Source: Carpediemonas membranifera BICM
Lineage: Eukaryota; Protista; Fornicata
NCBI GenBank assembly: GCA_019828565.1
Contig: JAHDYR010000005.1
Span: forward strand, 1,091,342 to 1,155,341
DNA: 64,000 bases
Reading direction: 5' to 3'
The notes under the pieces were generated by a model. The model was not told the origin of the DNA and did not search any database. It worked only from the letters and a program-made list of their open reading frames with translations. Below, piece after piece: positions 60,467 to 64,000 of this stretch. A program made the translations under genes and the position numbers. Position 1 is the stretch's first letter; the number at the start of each line of letters is the position of its first letter.

Positions 60467-63078
60467 AATCTCTGATTCAATCATTAATTCATACGGAAGT
60501 AGAAGATACTGGAGGCTGAAAACTTCAGAGGGCATTGCTATTAGCTATAAAACACCGCTGTTAAGATCCCATGTTCGAACGAGCACTTCACATTTACAAC
60601 ATAAAATGCGTTATCCTCTTTTATCAACACTGACACCATGTGATACTTCAAGACGCCAGACATGTCTTTTATGCTTCTATAACTACCTTCTAGATGTTCT
60701 GGAGGTGCCTGAGATCGCCTGGATCGCGAGGTTTGACCAGCGTTGACACATGAGTATCTCCAGAGTATCTCCCGGGAGACTCTAGCCATTCTTACAGTAT
60801 GACTGATGGCATTGCCAGCGCAAGCCCGCGTCTTTCGACCGGCATACTCAGGCGGAGAGCAAAGTCGTCATCGACCTCAGCCTCGCTCGACAGGATTCGG
60901 AGGATGGCCGGGACCGCCTCTTTCTTCTCAAATCCGAGCTCAGCCTCGTAGAGACCGTTGCCGACTCCACCCGTTGCGGGGGGAACGTTACGGAAGAAGT
61001 GCTCCCACTTTGTGAGCGCACAATACTTCGCAATGATCAACGCAGGGGCAGTTGCCTCCGGCCCCTCCTTGGCCACCATCTCTCCGGCAGCGTTAAGGAG
61101 TTGCATCACGCGACTGTTGACCTTGGCCAACTCACCCATCGCATGAGCAGCGGACCCAACCGGAACGCCCACGAGGTTTAGGCTGCGTCTTCTTGGGACG
61201 CCTCCCGAGGTGTTGCCGTCGGTAACGTCTCTGTGCGCCACAACGCACTTCGACTTGTTGAGCCGCAGGCCGACTTCGAGGAACTTCTCCCTCGCGATCT
61301 CGACAAGGTTGTTAGCCTCTCGGCCGACACCGGGCGTCTGCAAAGGCCGATCAGTCGTGGCGACTAGATCGTCTTGGTACGCTTGGAGGTGCCAACCCGG
61401 GAACGCCTCGCGCAGAACGTCCAGAATGGGCTTGATGCCCAGGCTGAACAGAATAGGGGACAGGGGATCTCCTTGATGTATGCCCTCAGCTGACCTTATC
61501 ACTCCTCCTGACGTGGAGAATAGGAGCCCTTGGCGATACATCGTAGACAGGTAGGGCATGAGAGCAGGCATGTAAGCGCGTACCACGTCGAACATGAACG
61601 CCCTAGATAGGCATCCATAAGCGTTCGATAAGTCGAGGGAGACAACAGTCCCTCCCTCCTCGTAGACCCTGGTCACGCTGTCACTCAGCCTCTCCAGGCC
61701 GCACTTCTCCCCCACCCCATACTGATCCTTGAGGGTCCGGTCGACGTCGACCAGGCGGGCCCTCACAGCCCAGGCGAGAGCCTTCGCCGCAACCCGCCGA
61801 AGCGAGTCCCCGATGGCCACTCCTCGGATCTTCCCGGCCCCCTTGGGGACCGGGACAATGATGCAGTGGCTCAATACCGCGGTGTAGGTCTCGCCGTTCA
61901 GGATGTCCTGTACGATCGGCATCAATGCGGCGATGAGTTCATGTCTGGCCACCTTCGCTGCTATTCTGATATGGAGGAAGGACAAGCCCGACGGCCCTGG
62001 GGCCGCCTCGGTCTTTAGAGCGTGTAGTACAGTCTTGAGGGTCCTAGCGGACACCTCAACTGACTGCAGTGGCTCTGCGGGGACGTCCTTAAACGGAACA
62101 TCTGGGCGCAGGCCACTGTAATCCTCCTGCAGTCTCTTCAGCTCTACATCCACCTCCTGTGGTGACAGGCCCGCATCCTCAGCTACCAGCGCAGTGGCTG
62201 CCTTGGACACGAACCCGTGGCGAACCAGTCGCATCACCTTACGCCACTTGGACGGGCGGCGCTTGGGGCCTTTCGATGCAACCGGCGGTGCGTACAGCGC
62301 CTTCGGGTACTCGAGTACCGTCCTCAGGGCCGCGCGCTTCTCGTCCTCGCTCTCCACGAGGGCCACCCGCTTGAGCTTCTCGATCAGGCCTCTGGCGAAT
62401 TTCTCGCGTCCCCTCTTGGGGGAGCGATCTTGCCAAGGAAGAGAGCCTGTCCCGGTGGTAGGAACACGTCGGGTCGATGGGCTGGGTGAGCGGGAGGGGC
62501 AGTCGGGGGGCTTGCGGTGAAGCCCACCGCGGTGACGTGCGCTGCTGCGCTCGGCTGCGATGACAGCTGGCTACCAGGGGCGTGGACCTCTTCGACAGAT
62601 GGAAGGAGACTGGCAGGGTCGTTGTTGCCCATCACGTTTCTCCTGATCTCTCGGAAGAATTCGGCCGCCACCGACGGAGCTGTTTTGGCAGAACGCAGCG
62701 GTGTTGCTTTGGGAGTACTGCTAAGAGTAACACCCGCCGCGTCTAAGAGCCGCTTGAAGGAATCTACGATGTCCTTCAGTGCTCTCACCGTCAAACGCAC
62801 AATCTTCTTGTTGTTCACGTCCTTCATCAGCTCGACGATGGCCGCTTCGGAGCACAGCGTATCAAACACTGTCTCTACATTGCACCAACGTGCGTCAATG
62901 AACTCAGCATTGACGAATTTCGCGTAGTCGGTACGAACAGTCTGCAGCAGAAGCTGTACGTCCCGAGCAAGCGCGTTTTCGCGCCAATCGGACGTTATGG
63001 AAACTCTCATCGCCATCTGGCCTCCAGGATCAGCCTGGGGCTCAGAAAATGACGACATTTCCATTTCGGGAGGGAGCA

Positions 63079-63468
63079 CAGTTTATTGCCTTTTGGACGA
63101 ACTGTATTGCGAGCGGCGAGGCGCAGCCGAGCTTCGCGAGCCTGAGCGCAGCGAAGACGTCACTCTAGTGGTCAGTATGTCGGGTTTGAGGCACTGCTCG
63201 CTCCGAAATCTCCCTTTCGACTCTCCACTCAGTCACAACGAACGCGAACGCGAATAACGCGCAGATCACGCTCAAAGTACAGAAACAACATCAGTATTAG
63301 TGGTTGAGGCCATTAGCCTCAGCTTGACGGTGCGCAGCATCCGCCTGGCGCATGAACGCATGGAACACATGAACTTGCTTTCGCGCCATACGAGTCTCGT
63401 ACGTCGTCGAGTCACCACCTGGCCTCCAGGATCAGCCTGGGGCACAGAAAATGACGACATTTCCATTT
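63079..63468 (-). mobile_element. Non-autonomous mini-B element copy 3
   Basis: Same junction; 12-mers at 63067 and 63469. Confidence 0.9.
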
Positions 63469-63480
63469 CGGGAGGGAGCA

Positions 63481-64000
63481 AACTTTTATGTAATCAACGA
63501 CAAACTGTCTAGCGAGCGGCGAGGCGCAGCCGAGCTTCGCGAGCCTGAGCGCAGCGAAGCAGTTTGAGGCTATGGGGTGCGTCGGGGTCCTCCGTCGCTC
63601 CATCCAGTGAGTCGCTGGCGAGTCAACAAAACCAACAAGAACACTCTGAAGCGCTCTGCACGAGCCGATTGCTACACCAATATCAGAATTGAGTAACAAT
63701 TAGTGGGAGAGGCCCAAATCCTCTGCTGCAGCATGTGCTGCGTCGCATTGCTTGATGAACGCTGCATATGTGTGCACTTGCCCTCTCATGCACGCCAAGA
63801 AAGCGTTATCAGCCATCTCGCGGACCTGCTCAGCCTTAAGACCAAGTTCATCGCGCAAATCGTCCGTCCAGCCCCTTCCGTGCACTCTTCCAACGTCACC
63901 GTTGTGAAGCGTCACCGCGGGTATGAGCTTGACGTCCCAGTTGGAGTACTGGGCGCGCTTGCTCGTCATGGCCTGAGACACGTGGTTGCTGACGACGTTG
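63481..64000 (-). mobile_element. CRE-like family A copy 7 (3' end; continues past window)
   Basis: Matches A 3' UTR and ORF end. Confidence 0.92.

Larger units (their letters stand above)
52082..63066 (-). mobile_element. CRE-like family A copy 6, ~480 bp replaced by an 8-kb block (52768-60800)
   Basis: 52082-52767 and 60801-63066 match other A copies. Confidence 0.9.

Noticed and set aside
23838-63480. The 12-mer as a retroviral-type tRNA primer-binding site
   Set aside because: No TGG complement to CCA, and the elements have no LTRs or integrase but do have an RLE domain. A TSD explains it more simply, though element-encoded target homology is not excluded.
1-64000. Bacterial defence, retron or DGR system; assignment to a specific organism
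   Set aside because: All RTs are of eukaryotic retrotransposon types and the tRNA is eukaryotic-style; the sequence alone does not fix the taxon.

Overview
Eukaryotic (probably protist) DNA made almost entirely of mobile elements and organised around one intact tRNA-Thr(AGT) gene at 16343-16415. Upstream of the tRNA, three different PAT/DIRS-type tyrosine-recombinase (YR) retrotransposons are stacked head-to-tail on the minus strand. The nearest ends 3 bp before the tRNA, and the most distal is interrupted by two chromodomain Ty3/Gypsy elements with very short LTRs. Downstream, and running past the window end, is a head-to-tail array of at least 12 CRE-like (RT + CCHC + restriction-like endonuclease) non-LTR retrotransposons: two ~3.44 kb families (A, B) and a 390-bp non-autonomous B derivative. 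Every unit is separated by the last 12 nt of the tRNA (CGGGAGGGAGCA). This is best read as repeated site-specific insertion right after the discriminator base, leaving the tRNA intact and supplying a new T-run terminator. Nested in the array are a fourth YR element (partial tandem dimer), a 7.1 kb APE-type LINE with OTU-like and Maelstrom/DEDDh-like domains, and an 8 kb block with SET, OTU and GNAT genes plus a RAG1/Transib/Chapaev-like transposase, joined through head-to-head (TAAGG)n repeats. Many ORFs are broken by 1-bp homopolymer indels that may be sequencing error. Family assignments come from motif recognition by eye, not database searches.
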